Assembly (NCBI GenBank): GCA_003045825.1
Contig: PZPA01000001.1
Location: 1-61,417 of the forward strand
From: Bacteroidota bacterium
Lineage (GTDB): Bacteria > Bacteroidota > Bacteroidia > Flavobacteriales > Schleiferiaceae
Direction: 5' to 3'
DNA length: 61,417 nt
The translations under genes were made by a program, and so were the position numbers. Of this stretch, positions 27,604-35,907 are shown piece by piece; positions within the stretch are counted from its first letter, which is position 1, and each line of letters starts with the position of its first letter. The notes under the pieces are model-generated. The model had not been told where the DNA came from. It did not search any database and was given only the letters and a program-made list of their open reading frames with translations.

Positions 27604-29040
27604 GTGATTAACCTATCAGCTAACCGCATGAATGACCGCGTCATCTTAACCACCGCCCAAAAGGCACTTAAAATTAACCTAAACTCAGAGATTTATGGCA
27701 CCTTCGCCGAAATAGGCGCAGGACAAGAGACCGTGCGAGAGTTTTTTAGGGCCGGTGCAGCTTCTGGTACCATCGCAAAGGCAATGAGCGCCTACGATAA
27801 AGCATTTTCTGATGACATTTACGGTATAGAAGAAGATAACAGATACGTGACTGAAAGTAGGTTACGTAAGATGCTTAAGCACGAATACAATCTCATAGAA
27901 AAACGTTTAGACCGCAACCTGCATCCAGATAAAATGTATTTCGCATATGCAAATACAGTTGCAACCATAAATTTTACAAAGACCTTCAAAGGTCACGGAT
28001 GGATGGGAATTCGTTTCCAAACGGATCCTTCAAAGGAAACGAACGAAATTATAATTCACTTCAGACTTGGAGAGAATGAGGCGAAGCATCAACAAGAGAC
28101 CGTCGGTAGGCTTGGAACGAATCTCATTTTTGGTGCGTATAATTATTTTGAAGATCCCAAGTTCTTTTTATCTACGCTTTACGATAATATTGACAAAGAT
28201 GCTATCGAGATTGACTTAATCAATTTTTCAGGCCCAGACTTCGAAGTGGTAGATAATCGTTTAATGTCTTTACAGTTGATCAAAAATGGCTACACTGAAG
28301 CTGTAATATTCGGGCCAGAAGGAAACAATCTATTGCCAGCAGAATTACTTTATAAAAAGAATATTCTTGCCATGCGAGGTTCATTCCGTCCTGTTACACG
28401 AGTAAACATGGACATGATCAAACGTGGCTACGATTTGTTTTCCAATGACAAAAAGGTCAATCCTGACCGTACAGTAGTATTATGGGAAATCACCTTGAAC
28501 AATCTTTTGGCGGACGGCGAATTAGACGAACAAGATTTCTTAGATCGAGCAGAAATACTTTGCAGTTTGGGACAGACCGTACTGATATCAAACTACCAGG
28601 AGTACTATAAACTCGTAGATTACTTTGGTCGCTTCTCAAAGAAACGTCAAGGATTGGTAATGGGAGTAAATAATCTTAGTGAGTTGTTTGATGAGAAATA
28701 CTACCGCGATTTGCAAGGAGGTATACTTGAGGCGTTCGGTAGAATTTTCTCCAAGGATTTGAAGATACTGGTCTACCCGTTCCAAGAAAATGAAACCGCA
28801 AAAGTCCTAAGAAAGGAAGATGCAGAAGTTCATCCAAGGTTTAGACCCATTATAGATTACTTAAACTTTCACAACCGCATTATTGATATCGAGCACATTG
28901 ACGAAGAGATAAAAAATATTTTCTCTCGCGACGTTCTGCGTAAAATCCGTTCTGGTGAAGAGGGTTGGGAAAGCTGTTTGCCGCAATACGTGGATCGCGT
29001 CATTAAGGAAAAGGAGCTTTTCGGCTACACAGCAGACTAA
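27604..29040 (+). CDS. Conserved protein of unknown function (478 aa)
   Basis: A long uninterrupted ORF with normal coding composition. It has a GTG start at 27604, with an alternative ATG at 27628. I can assign no motif. Confidence 0.55.
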   Translation: MINLSANRMNDRVILTTAQKALKINLNSEIYGTFAEIGAGQETVREFFRAGAASGTIAKAMSAYDKAFSDDIYGIEEDNRYVTESRLRKMLKHEYNLIEKRLDRNLHPDKMYFAYANTVATINFTKTFKGHGWMGIRFQTDPSKETNEIIIHFRLGENEAKHQQETVGRLGTNLIFGAYNYFEDPKFFLSTLYDNIDKDAIEIDLINFSGPDFEVVDNRLMSLQLIKNGYTEAVIFGPEGNNLLPAELLYKKNILAMRGSFRPVTRVNMDMIKRGYDLFSNDKKVNPDRTVVLWEITLNNLLADGELDEQDFLDRAEILCSLGQTVLISNYQEYYKLVDYFGRFSKKRQGLVMGVNNLSELFDEKYYRDLQGGILEAFGRIFSKDLKILVYPFQENETAKVLRKEDAEVHPRFRPIIDYLNFHNRIIDIEHIDEEIKNIFSRDVLRKIRSGEEGWESCLPQYVDRVIKEKELFGYTAD

Positions 29041-29041
29041 T

Positions 29042-30355
29042 CTAAACGTTTGATAAGGCCTCCTTGTAAGTGGCAAGACAACGTTCACGTGCCCACTTAT
29101 GCTCCACTATTGGCTTAGGGTACAGCTTGGTTTGCAATTCAGGTACCCATCTGTTGACATAAGTGAGGTCTTTATCAAATTTTTCCAACTGCGAAGTAGG
29201 ATTGAATACTCGGAAATAAGGTGCGGCATCTAGTCCACTACCACTCGCCCACTGCCATCCACCGATATTACTTGCTAAATCAAAGTCCAGTAGTTTAGAG
29301 GCGAAATAGGCCTCTCCCCACCTCCAATCAATCAACAAATGTTTAGTCAGGAAGCTGGCCACAATCATGCGAACACGGTTGTGCATAAATCCAGTCGCGT
29401 TAAGCTCACGCATTCCCGCATCAACAATAGGATAGCCGGTTTTTCCTTTACACCAAGCTGCAAAGTGCTCCTCGTTATTTGACCAAGGAATTAAATCATA
29501 TTTTGGTTTAATAGCTTTTGAACGGCTATCAGGGAAATAGTATAGCGCCATTTGAAAAAAGTCACGCCAAATCAACTCATTTAAAAAAGTTTCATTCGTT
29601 CTTTCACCCAATCGCGCAAGTTCCCGAATACTTATGGTGCCGAACCTAAGGTGAATGCCTAAACGAGTCGTACCCTTTTTCAATGCCGGAAAGTTTCGTG
29701 TGCTATCGTAGTTATTAATAATCTCTTTAGAAATAGCCGCGGATGGGATGGCAATGTTAGTTGGCTCAAACCCCATTTCTTGGAGTGAAATCAGTTCAGT
29801 GAATTCTTGAGACTTAAAAAAAGAATGAAAATAATCTATTGTTGGATGTGCCTTAAAATGATTTGCAGTGCATAGCTTCTTCCATGCTTTTGCATAAGGA
29901 CTGTAAACGAGGTAAGGCGTTCCGTCGGCTTTGACAACCTCGTTCTTTTCAAAGAGAACGTGGTCTTTGGCACCAATACATGGTACGTTCAGCGACTCGA
30001 AATAGTCGTATACCATTTTGTCCCGCTTCCTTGCATAAGGTTCGTAGTCGCGGTTGAAGTATAGACCGGTTACTTCGAAGCGGCTCATGAGCTCCCTCAT
30101 GCACTGTAATGGTTCATCGTAGAACACCAATAAATCGGAACCTAAGTCTTGTAACTGATTTTTTAACGCTTGTAAACGTTCGTGCAAGAAGGATACACGA
30201 GCATCTTTAGTATCCTCAAGTTTCGACAGGATTGTTGGGTCAAAAATGAAAATGGGCACAACGGGCGCCTCACTTTTCAGTGCCTTCAAAAGACCGGCGT
30301 TATCCTCTAATCTTAGATCGCGTCTGAACCAAAAAAGAGTAACCTTTTGAGCCAT
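29042..30355 (-). CDS. Cryptochrome/photolyase-family flavoprotein (CPD photolyase or Cry-DASH type)
   Basis: N-terminal FWFRRDLRLEDNAGL. FAD-binding region TGYPIVDAGMRELNATGFMHNRVRMIVASFL...DWRWGE...ASNIGGWQWASG. Confidence 0.9.
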   Translation of the reverse strand: MAQKVTLFWFRRDLRLEDNAGLLKALKSEAPVVPIFIFDPTILSKLEDTKDARVSFLHERLQALKNQLQDLGSDLLVFYDEPLQCMRELMSRFEVTGLYFNRDYEPYARKRDKMVYDYFESLNVPCIGAKDHVLFEKNEVVKADGTPYLVYSPYAKAWKKLCTANHFKAHPTIDYFHSFFKSQEFTELISLQEMGFEPTNIAIPSAAISKEIINNYDSTRNFPALKKGTTRLGIHLRFGTISIRELARLGERTNETFLNELIWRDFFQMALYYFPDSRSKAIKPKYDLIPWSNNEEHFAAWCKGKTGYPIVDAGMRELNATGFMHNRVRMIVASFLTKHLLIDWRWGEAYFASKLLDFDLASNIGGWQWASGSGLDAAPYFRVFNPTSQLEKFDKDLTYVNRWVPELQTKLYPKPIVEHKWARERCLATYKEALSNV

Positions 30356-31027
30356 TTATTGAACTGCGTTTAGGAAATACTGACGCTGTAATTCATCTTC
30401 AAACGCACCATGGAATGCCATAGTAATGGTTGAACTTCCGGCATCTTCTATTCCACGAGTCTTCACGCACATGTGATCCGCTTCTAAATAAACGGCCACG
30501 CTGGGGGTTCCTAAACCCTCCATTAATGCTTCTGCTATTTGACGCGTCAAACGTTCTTGAACTTGAGGCCGTTTAGCATAATGACGAACGATCCTATTCA
30601 GCTTGGACAAACCAACTACTTGACCGTTGGGAACGTAAGCGATGTGACAGGTACCTATAATAGGTACAAAGTGATGTTCACAATGTGAATGTACAGTGAT
30701 GTTCTTTTCGATAAGCATATCCCTATACTGGTACTTGTTATCGAAGAGCTTCATCTCCGGCTTATTTTTAGGATTAAGCCCTGCAAACGCCTCTGATACG
30801 TACATTTTAGCTACTCTAAGTGGCGTTCCTCGCAGACTATCATCATTTAGGTCTAAACCTAAAATTGTCATGATATCTTCAAACTTCGAGGCTATTTGTG
30901 TAATCTTCTCTTCATCACTCAAGTCAAAAGCATCAGATCTTAGTGGCGTATCAATAGCGCTACCCATATGATTGTCGAATAATTCGGCAAGCTCTTCAGT
31001 GGAATATTTTTGGTCGTGCTTTGTCAT
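30356..31027 (-). CDS. folE: GTP cyclohydrolase I
   Basis: HSHCEHHFVPIIGTCHIAYVPNGQVVGLSKLNRIV is the FolE signature. I chose the start at Met17 of the tracked ORF, which avoids overlap with the upstream gene. Confidence 0.92.
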   Translation of the reverse strand: MTKHDQKYSTEELAELFDNHMGSAIDTPLRSDAFDLSDEEKITQIASKFEDIMTILGLDLNDDSLRGTPLRVAKMYVSEAFAGLNPKNKPEMKLFDNKYQYRDMLIEKNITVHSHCEHHFVPIIGTCHIAYVPNGQVVGLSKLNRIVRHYAKRPQVQERLTRQIAEALMEGLGTPSVAVYLEADHMCVKTRGIEDAGSSTITMAFHGAFEDELQRQYFLNAVQ

Positions 31028-31034
31028 AATAATT

Positions 31035-31445
31035 TTATTCTCCGCAGTACTCAACAAAGTTCCTGGGGGTTTCATATAAGGTAACCTTCAAATCAAAGGA
31101 TGTGTTCAATTTTACGCGCAATCTGTTCCATATCACATACGCAATATGCTCTGCAGTAGGGTTGAGTGTCTTAAATTCTGCCACCTGTACATTTAGATTT
31201 TTGTGGTCCATATACTCTTCAACCTCAGATTTGATAAGGTCCGCAAGTACCTTCATATCAATTAGATAGCCAGTTTTCGGATCTACATCGCCTGTGACGC
31301 CAACTATTAATTCGTAGTTGTGGCCGTGGTAATAAGGATTGTTACACTTTCCAAAAATTGCCTCATTATCTTGATCTGTGAGGCTAGGTTCATGGAGTCT
31401 GTGCGCCGCATTAAAATGCGCTTTTCTATAAACCGTGATCTTCAT
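31035..31445 (-). CDS. 6-pyruvoyl-tetrahydropterin synthase family protein (COG0720; PTPS/QueD)
   Basis: FNAAHRL, CNNPYYHGHNY (Cys-x5-HGH spacing) and the C-terminal ETPRN. Confidence 0.85.
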   Translation of the reverse strand: MKITVYRKAHFNAAHRLHEPSLTDQDNEAIFGKCNNPYYHGHNYELIVGVTGDVDPKTGYLIDMKVLADLIKSEVEEYMDHKNLNVQVAEFKTLNPTAEHIAYVIWNRLRVKLNTSFDLKVTLYETPRNFVEYCGE

Positions 31446-31956
31446 TATTCCAATAGTTTAAGAATCGATCATAAATGATTTTGAACCATTCAGTATACCG
31501 ATCAGGGTTGTTTTTCATATCTGTGGCCACCCACTCTACTGATTGCCAATCGAACGAATCAACTTCATCAGGATTTACATTAGGATCGTCATTCCAACGA
31601 GCGATAAGTACGTGATCTAATTCATGTTCTGTTAGATCGTTGTCAAGCTCGGCTTTGTAGATAAAACTAAAAATGCGCTTCACATCACAGGTAAAACCCA
31701 TCTCTTCCATGAGCCTTCTTTTTGCTGCTTCCTCAACATTTTCACCATCACGAGGATGAGAACAACAGGTGTTGGTCCATAAACCGCCACTGTGGTATTT
31801 GTGTAACGCTCTGCGCTGTAGTAAAATTTCATTCTTGTCGTTCATGGCGAAAACAGAGAATGCACGATGCAATTTCGCCAATCGGTGCGCTTCCATTTTC
31901 TCCATCAGTCCGATGGCATTGTCATGCTCATCAACCAGGATAACTTGTTCAGCCAT
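31426..31956 (-). CDS. idi: Isopentenyl-diphosphate delta-isomerase, type 1 (Nudix fold)
   Basis: HRAFSVF, WTNTCCSHP and a Glu-rich Nudix-like segment EEAAKRRLMEEMG. Confidence 0.9.
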   Translation of the reverse strand: MAEQVILVDEHDNAIGLMEKMEAHRLAKLHRAFSVFAMNDKNEILLQRRALHKYHSGGLWTNTCCSHPRDGENVEEAAKRRLMEEMGFTCDVKRIFSFIYKAELDNDLTEHELDHVLIARWNDDPNVNPDEVDSFDWQSVEWVATDMKNNPDRYTEWFKIIYDRFLNYWNNEDHGL

Positions 31957-31959
31957 ATT

Positions 31960-32796
31960 TTAGATCCAATTAATGGTATGTCTTACGAAACTACTTAAGA
32001 ATAAACCGTATTTCCTTTTATTTGATATTCTAACACGTTGACTTAGAATGATATCGCAATGTGTTTTTTTAATTTTCTTAAATAAGCTGTAGTAGTATAC
32101 ATAGGCAATGTAGACTCCAAAGCGTGCGCCTTTCGGTAATTGCTTTATTCCTTCGTAACCTGCTCTGAAATCGATATCAATATCAGCTTCGATCTCTGTT
32201 TTTACAGTTTCGTCGAAATTATTTAAGTCTACCCCTGGGAAATAAGTTCGACCTAATTTCTTGTAATCGGCGTGCAAGTCCCGTAAGAAATTAATCTTTT
32301 GAAAGGCACTTCCTAGTTGCATAGCGGGCTTTTTCAATGTTTGATAGCGTTCCTCGCTCCCATCGACAAAAACCTTTAAACACATGAGTCCTACGACTTC
32401 AGCTGAACCTAAAATATATGCTTTGTACCCTTCTTCATCGTAATCATTCTTGTAAAGATCCATTTCCATGGACTTAAGAAAAGTCTCGATCAAATCTCGG
32501 TCTATTTCGAAAGTATTTACAGCCTGCTGGAAGCTGTTTAGGACAGGGTTTAGACTAATTTTTTCGTCTAAGGCTAAATACGTGTCTTTCCAAAACCGTT
32601 CAAGTAGTTCTTTCTGGGGATATCCTTCAAAGGAATCAACAATTTCATCTGCAAAGCGAACGAAACCGTAGATCGCGTAGATGGGATCGTGGTATTTTTT
32701 GTCAAGGCCCAAAATACCAAGTGAAAAAGAGGTAGAATATGCTTTAGTGATCATTCTACTTGCTCGGATACTTACGCTGTCGAATAATGCTTTCAT
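31960..32796 (-). CDS. crtB: Phytoene synthase
   Basis: STSFSLG, the Asp-rich motif [10 protein letters not shown], and the second motif [17 protein letters not shown]. Confidence 0.9.
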   Translation of the reverse strand: MKALFDSVSIRASRMITKAYSTSFSLGILGLDKKYHDPIYAIYGFVRFADEIVDSFEGYPQKELLERFWKDTYLALDEKISLNPVLNSFQQAVNTFEIDRDLIETFLKSMEMDLYKNDYDEEGYKAYILGSAEVVGLMCLKVFVDGSEERYQTLKKPAMQLGSAFQKINFLRDLHADYKKLGRTYFPGVDLNNFDETVKTEIEADIDIDFRAGYEGIKQLPKGARFGVYIAYVYYYSLFKKIKKTHCDIILSQRVRISNKRKYGLFLSSFVRHTINWI

Positions 32797-34280
32797 ACTA
32801 CTTTCTTTAAAGAATAATCCTTCACAATCTCACCACAGACCACTTCTCCACTAATGAGCGAAGGTGGTACACCGGGCCCCGGCGTGGTTAATTGGCCTGC
32901 GAAATAAAGATTCGCTACTTTTTTACTTTTAAGTCTTGGTTTAAAGATAGCAGTTTGGTCTAATGTATTGGCTAAGCCGTAAGCGTTGCCCTTGAAACTG
33001 TTGTATTCGCTTTTGAAATCGCTGTAGGCAAAACTGCGCTTAACTATCACTCGGTCTCGAATCGATTCTCCAGTGTAGGACTCAAGCCGGTCCATCATGA
33101 GGTGGTAATATTTTTCTCTAACTTCTTCACTGTCTCCTGATAAACCGGGTGCAGTAGGCATTAACAGGAACATATTTTCGCATCCTTCAGGAGCGATTGA
33201 CTCATCAGTTTTAGTCGGTGCGCTGGCGTAAAACAAGGGTTTCGTTGGCCACGTAGGGTCCGTGTAAATCTCATGAGCATGCTGATCTAATTCGTAGTCA
33301 AAGAATAAGTTATGATGTAAAACATTATTTACTTTACCTTTTACACCAAGATAGAATAGCAACGAAGACGGGGCCATCTTACGTTTTTCCCAATATTCAG
33401 GACTGTATTCTCTGTATTCAGGACTACTTATTTTTTGATCGATATGGTGGTAATCAGCTCCTCCTACTACTATATCTGCGGTAAAGCTTCCGCCTTTGGT
33501 GAGCACACTGATAATCTTTCCATTAGAATATTTAAATCCGGTTACTTCAGTACTGGTTCTAAACTTCACACCTTGCTCCTTCGCAACGCTGACCATACCT
33601 TCAATGATCTTGTTCATGCCACCCATAGGGTACCAAGTCCCAAGCGACATGTCTGCGTAATTCATGAGACTATAAAGTGCTGGGGTGTTTTGAGGTAAGG
33701 CACCTAAGAAGAGAACGGGAAATTCCAGTATTGCCTTTAGTTTAGGATGTGAACTAACCTCGGCGACATGCTTTCGAATATCTTTAAGCATATCCAGTTG
33801 AAATAAGCCCTTGAAAATTCTAAAGTCCATGAATTCTGTAAGGGAACGACCTGGTTTGAAAACAAGGTCTTGAATACCCACATTATACTTGTATTCGGCT
33901 TGTTTCAAAAATTTACGTAACCGCAGGCCTGAACCAGGGTCGAGTCGATCAAACATCGCTTCGAGTTCCAACATGTTTGGACTCTGATCTTCATGTTCAT
34001 TAGGACCGAAAACTACTCTGTAAGATGGATTTAAACGGACCAGGTTGTAATGATCTGATACCTCTTTATCGAATGAAGCGAAGTACCGTTCGAAAACATC
34101 TGGCATCCAATACCAGCTTGGTCCCATATCGAAAGAAAAGCCATCCTTTTCCCAGGTACGTGCTCTACCCCCAAGTTGATCATTTTTTTCAAGAACCGTT
34201 ACATCGTATCCCTCTTTGGCGAGAAAGGACGCGGCACTGAGTCCGGCGAAGCCAGACCCTATGACTATTACTGATTTCAT
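32793..34280 (-). CDS. crtI: Phytoene desaturase
   Basis: N-terminal FAD fold [38 protein letters not shown]-terminal CrtI signature [16 protein letters not shown]. Confidence 0.92.
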   Translation of the reverse strand: MKSVIVIGSGFAGLSAASFLAKEGYDVTVLEKNDQLGGRARTWEKDGFSFDMGPSWYWMPDVFERYFASFDKEVSDHYNLVRLNPSYRVVFGPNEHEDQSPNMLELEAMFDRLDPGSGLRLRKFLKQAEYKYNVGIQDLVFKPGRSLTEFMDFRIFKGLFQLDMLKDIRKHVAEVSSHPKLKAILEFPVLFLGALPQNTPALYSLMNYADMSLGTWYPMGGMNKIIEGMVSVAKEQGVKFRTSTEVTGFKYSNGKIISVLTKGGSFTADIVVGGADYHHIDQKISSPEYREYSPEYWEKRKMAPSSLLFYLGVKGKVNNVLHHNLFFDYELDQHAHEIYTDPTWPTKPLFYASAPTKTDESIAPEGCENMFLLMPTAPGLSGDSEEVREKYYHLMMDRLESYTGESIRDRVIVKRSFAYSDFKSEYNSFKGNAYGLANTLDQTAIFKPRLKSKKVANLYFAGQLTTPGPGVPPSLISGEVVCGEIVKDYSLKKVV

Positions 34281-34304
34281 TAGAACGTTTTAGGCGGTTA
34301 TAGG

Positions 34305-34811
34305 CTAATGACGCTGGTCGGCAAGCTTTTCCATCATCTTTTTGCGTGCTAGAAAGATACGGGATTTCACTGTTCCTAATGGAATATTAAAATGTTCTGC
34401 AATCTCCTCGTATTTATATCCTTCATAATGCATGAAGAACGCCTCAGTGTAATGCTTCTCGATGGAACCGATTTGCTCCATGATGTACTGGTTATCGACG
34501 TTAGCGTCTGTTAGCGTAGTCTTTCCGGCCTCTTTTGAATTTAAAAAGTACTGACCTTCGGTTTCATCCACAAACGTATTTTGTTGCTTTTTGCGGCGGT
34601 AGTTGTTAATGAAAGTATTCTTCATTATTGTGTACAACCAACCTTTAAGGTTCGTCCCTGTGGCAAATTTGTCTTTATTCTTCAGTGCTTTGTAATAAGT
34701 GTCCTGAAGAAGATCATCAGCATCATCGCGACGCTTGGTAAGCTTCATAGCTAGCTGACTTAAAAAATCGTGCTCTCTATCGATAAGTTGTCCAAATTCA
34801 GCAGTTGACAT
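34305..34811 (-). CDS. ECF-type RNA polymerase sigma-70 factor
   Basis: Region 2: DDLLQDTYYKAL and GWLYTIMKNTFINNYRR. Region 4.2: YEEIAEHFNIPLGTVKSRIFLARKKM. I chose the start at the ATG at 34811; the tracked ORF begins at TTG 34850. Confidence 0.85.
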   Translation of the reverse strand: MSTAEFGQLIDREHDFLSQLAMKLTKRRDDADDLLQDTYYKALKNKDKFATGTNLKGWLYTIMKNTFINNYRRKKQQNTFVDETEGQYFLNSKEAGKTTLTDANVDNQYIMEQIGSIEKHYTEAFFMHYEGYKYEEIAEHFNIPLGTVKSRIFLARKKMMEKLADQRH

Positions 34812-34818
34812 GATACAG

Positions 34819-34868
34819 TTGTTTAACGTTTGTTTGGTAAAGTTAAACAATGTGTTCCAACAATTTGT
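34819..34868. promoter_or_regulatory. Leader/promoter elements of the sigma-crt-photolyase operon: a 9-bp inverted repeat plus tandem AACA-N3-TGT(T/A) dyads
   Basis: TTGTTTAAC (34819-34827) pairs with GTTAAACAA (34842-34850), a perfect 9-bp inverted repeat with a 14-nt spacer. AACAATGTGTT lies at 34846-34856 and AACAATTTGTA at 34859-34869. Confidence 0.45.
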
Positions 34869-34906
34869 ATAATCTTTTTAGAAATTTATTAAACAAAGTG
34901 GATTTT

Positions 34907-35794
34907 CTAGGAAAGTCCTTCGCTTAATTGCTTTAAAGTGCCGTAAATGTTGATGTTGCGGAATTCCTTCTCCGGCTCGAAATCTGTAAATACATACCCA
35001 GTAAGGTGCACTTGGATGCCTTTATGAACAATAAGCTCCTCTAATTCGTCCAAATAATTTCCTAATTCAGGCAGTTCTGGATGGGTGGTAAAACAACTGA
35101 TAAGATGATCTATTGGTTGATTATCGAGCAGATCTGTGAGATATTCTTTTGGTAAACTTTGACCGAGGTAAAATACTTGTTCGCCTCGTTCTTTTAGAAG
35201 GTACGCCAGATACAATACACCTATTTCATGAAGTTCATTTGCAGGAAGGAAGATGGCATACTTTCCACTCTTGTCATTCACTTTAGCTGGAAGCGCATCA
35301 ATAGCAGCATAAATTTTCTGCCGGATCAAGGACGATACGAAGTGTTCTTGAGATATACCGACGCTACCAGATAGCCACAATTTGCCTAATTCTTGGATGT
35401 AATCGCCAATGACTTCTCTATACGTATTATGAACACCGTATCGCTCAATACAATGATCCATTACAGCTTCGAATCGTTTTATGTCAAACGCTAAGGTCGC
35501 GAGCTTTAACTCATTTAATTCATATGTGAAATTGCCTTCATAAGGACTCGCATCAAGCGCAAGAAGGGCTAGCTCATCGGGAGAATGCTTTGATATTTTT
35601 CCAATCTTCCATCCGGCACCAAGCAGTACAGACGTATTGAGTATGACACGCAATTCATGATCACCGTAGTACCGAATGTTTGTCACCGTGCGCATGGGCA
35701 CAATAAGTTTGTATCTCTGCTCCCACGCACGTATGGTATGGGCCTTAATACCGCTTAATTGCTCAAGATCTTTTATTGAATATTTACTCTCCAC
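34907..35794 (-). CDS. MerR-family regulator with a C-terminal cobalamin-binding domain (CarH/LitR-type light-responsive repressor)
   Basis: GTG start. MerR HTH: YSIKDLEQLSGIKAHTIRAWEQRY. W-x9-E-H motif: WLSGSVGISQEH. B12 lower-ligand motif E-x-H-x-x-G: ELHEIG, 38 residues downstream. Confidence 0.8.
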   Translation of the reverse strand: MESKYSIKDLEQLSGIKAHTIRAWEQRYKLIVPMRTVTNIRYYGDHELRVILNTSVLLGAGWKIGKISKHSPDELALLALDASPYEGNFTYELNELKLATLAFDIKRFEAVMDHCIERYGVHNTYREVIGDYIQELGKLWLSGSVGISQEHFVSSLIRQKIYAAIDALPAKVNDKSGKYAIFLPANELHEIGVLYLAYLLKERGEQVFYLGQSLPKEYLTDLLDNQPIDHLISCFTTHPELPELGNYLDELEELIVHKGIQVHLTGYVFTDFEPEKEFRNINIYGTLKQLSEGLS

Positions 35795-35813
35795 AAATTG
35801 CTAACCTAGAAAA

Positions 35814-35829
35814 GAACATATTGTTTAAG
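35814..35829. promoter_or_regulatory. Candidate operator upstream of the CarH/LitR-like gene, shared with the sigma-operon promoter
   Basis: GAACATATTGTTTAAG at 35814-35829 matches the reverse complement of 34842-34857 (GAACACATTGTTTAAC) at 14 of 16 positions. The core dyad is AACA-N3-TGTT. Confidence 0.45.
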
Positions 35830-35907
35830 AAAACCGTGCGAGTATAATAAATAAGCGCTAAATCCTCGAAGAAACCTTTGGTATATTTGCATTTCAAAAT
35901 TTTATAC

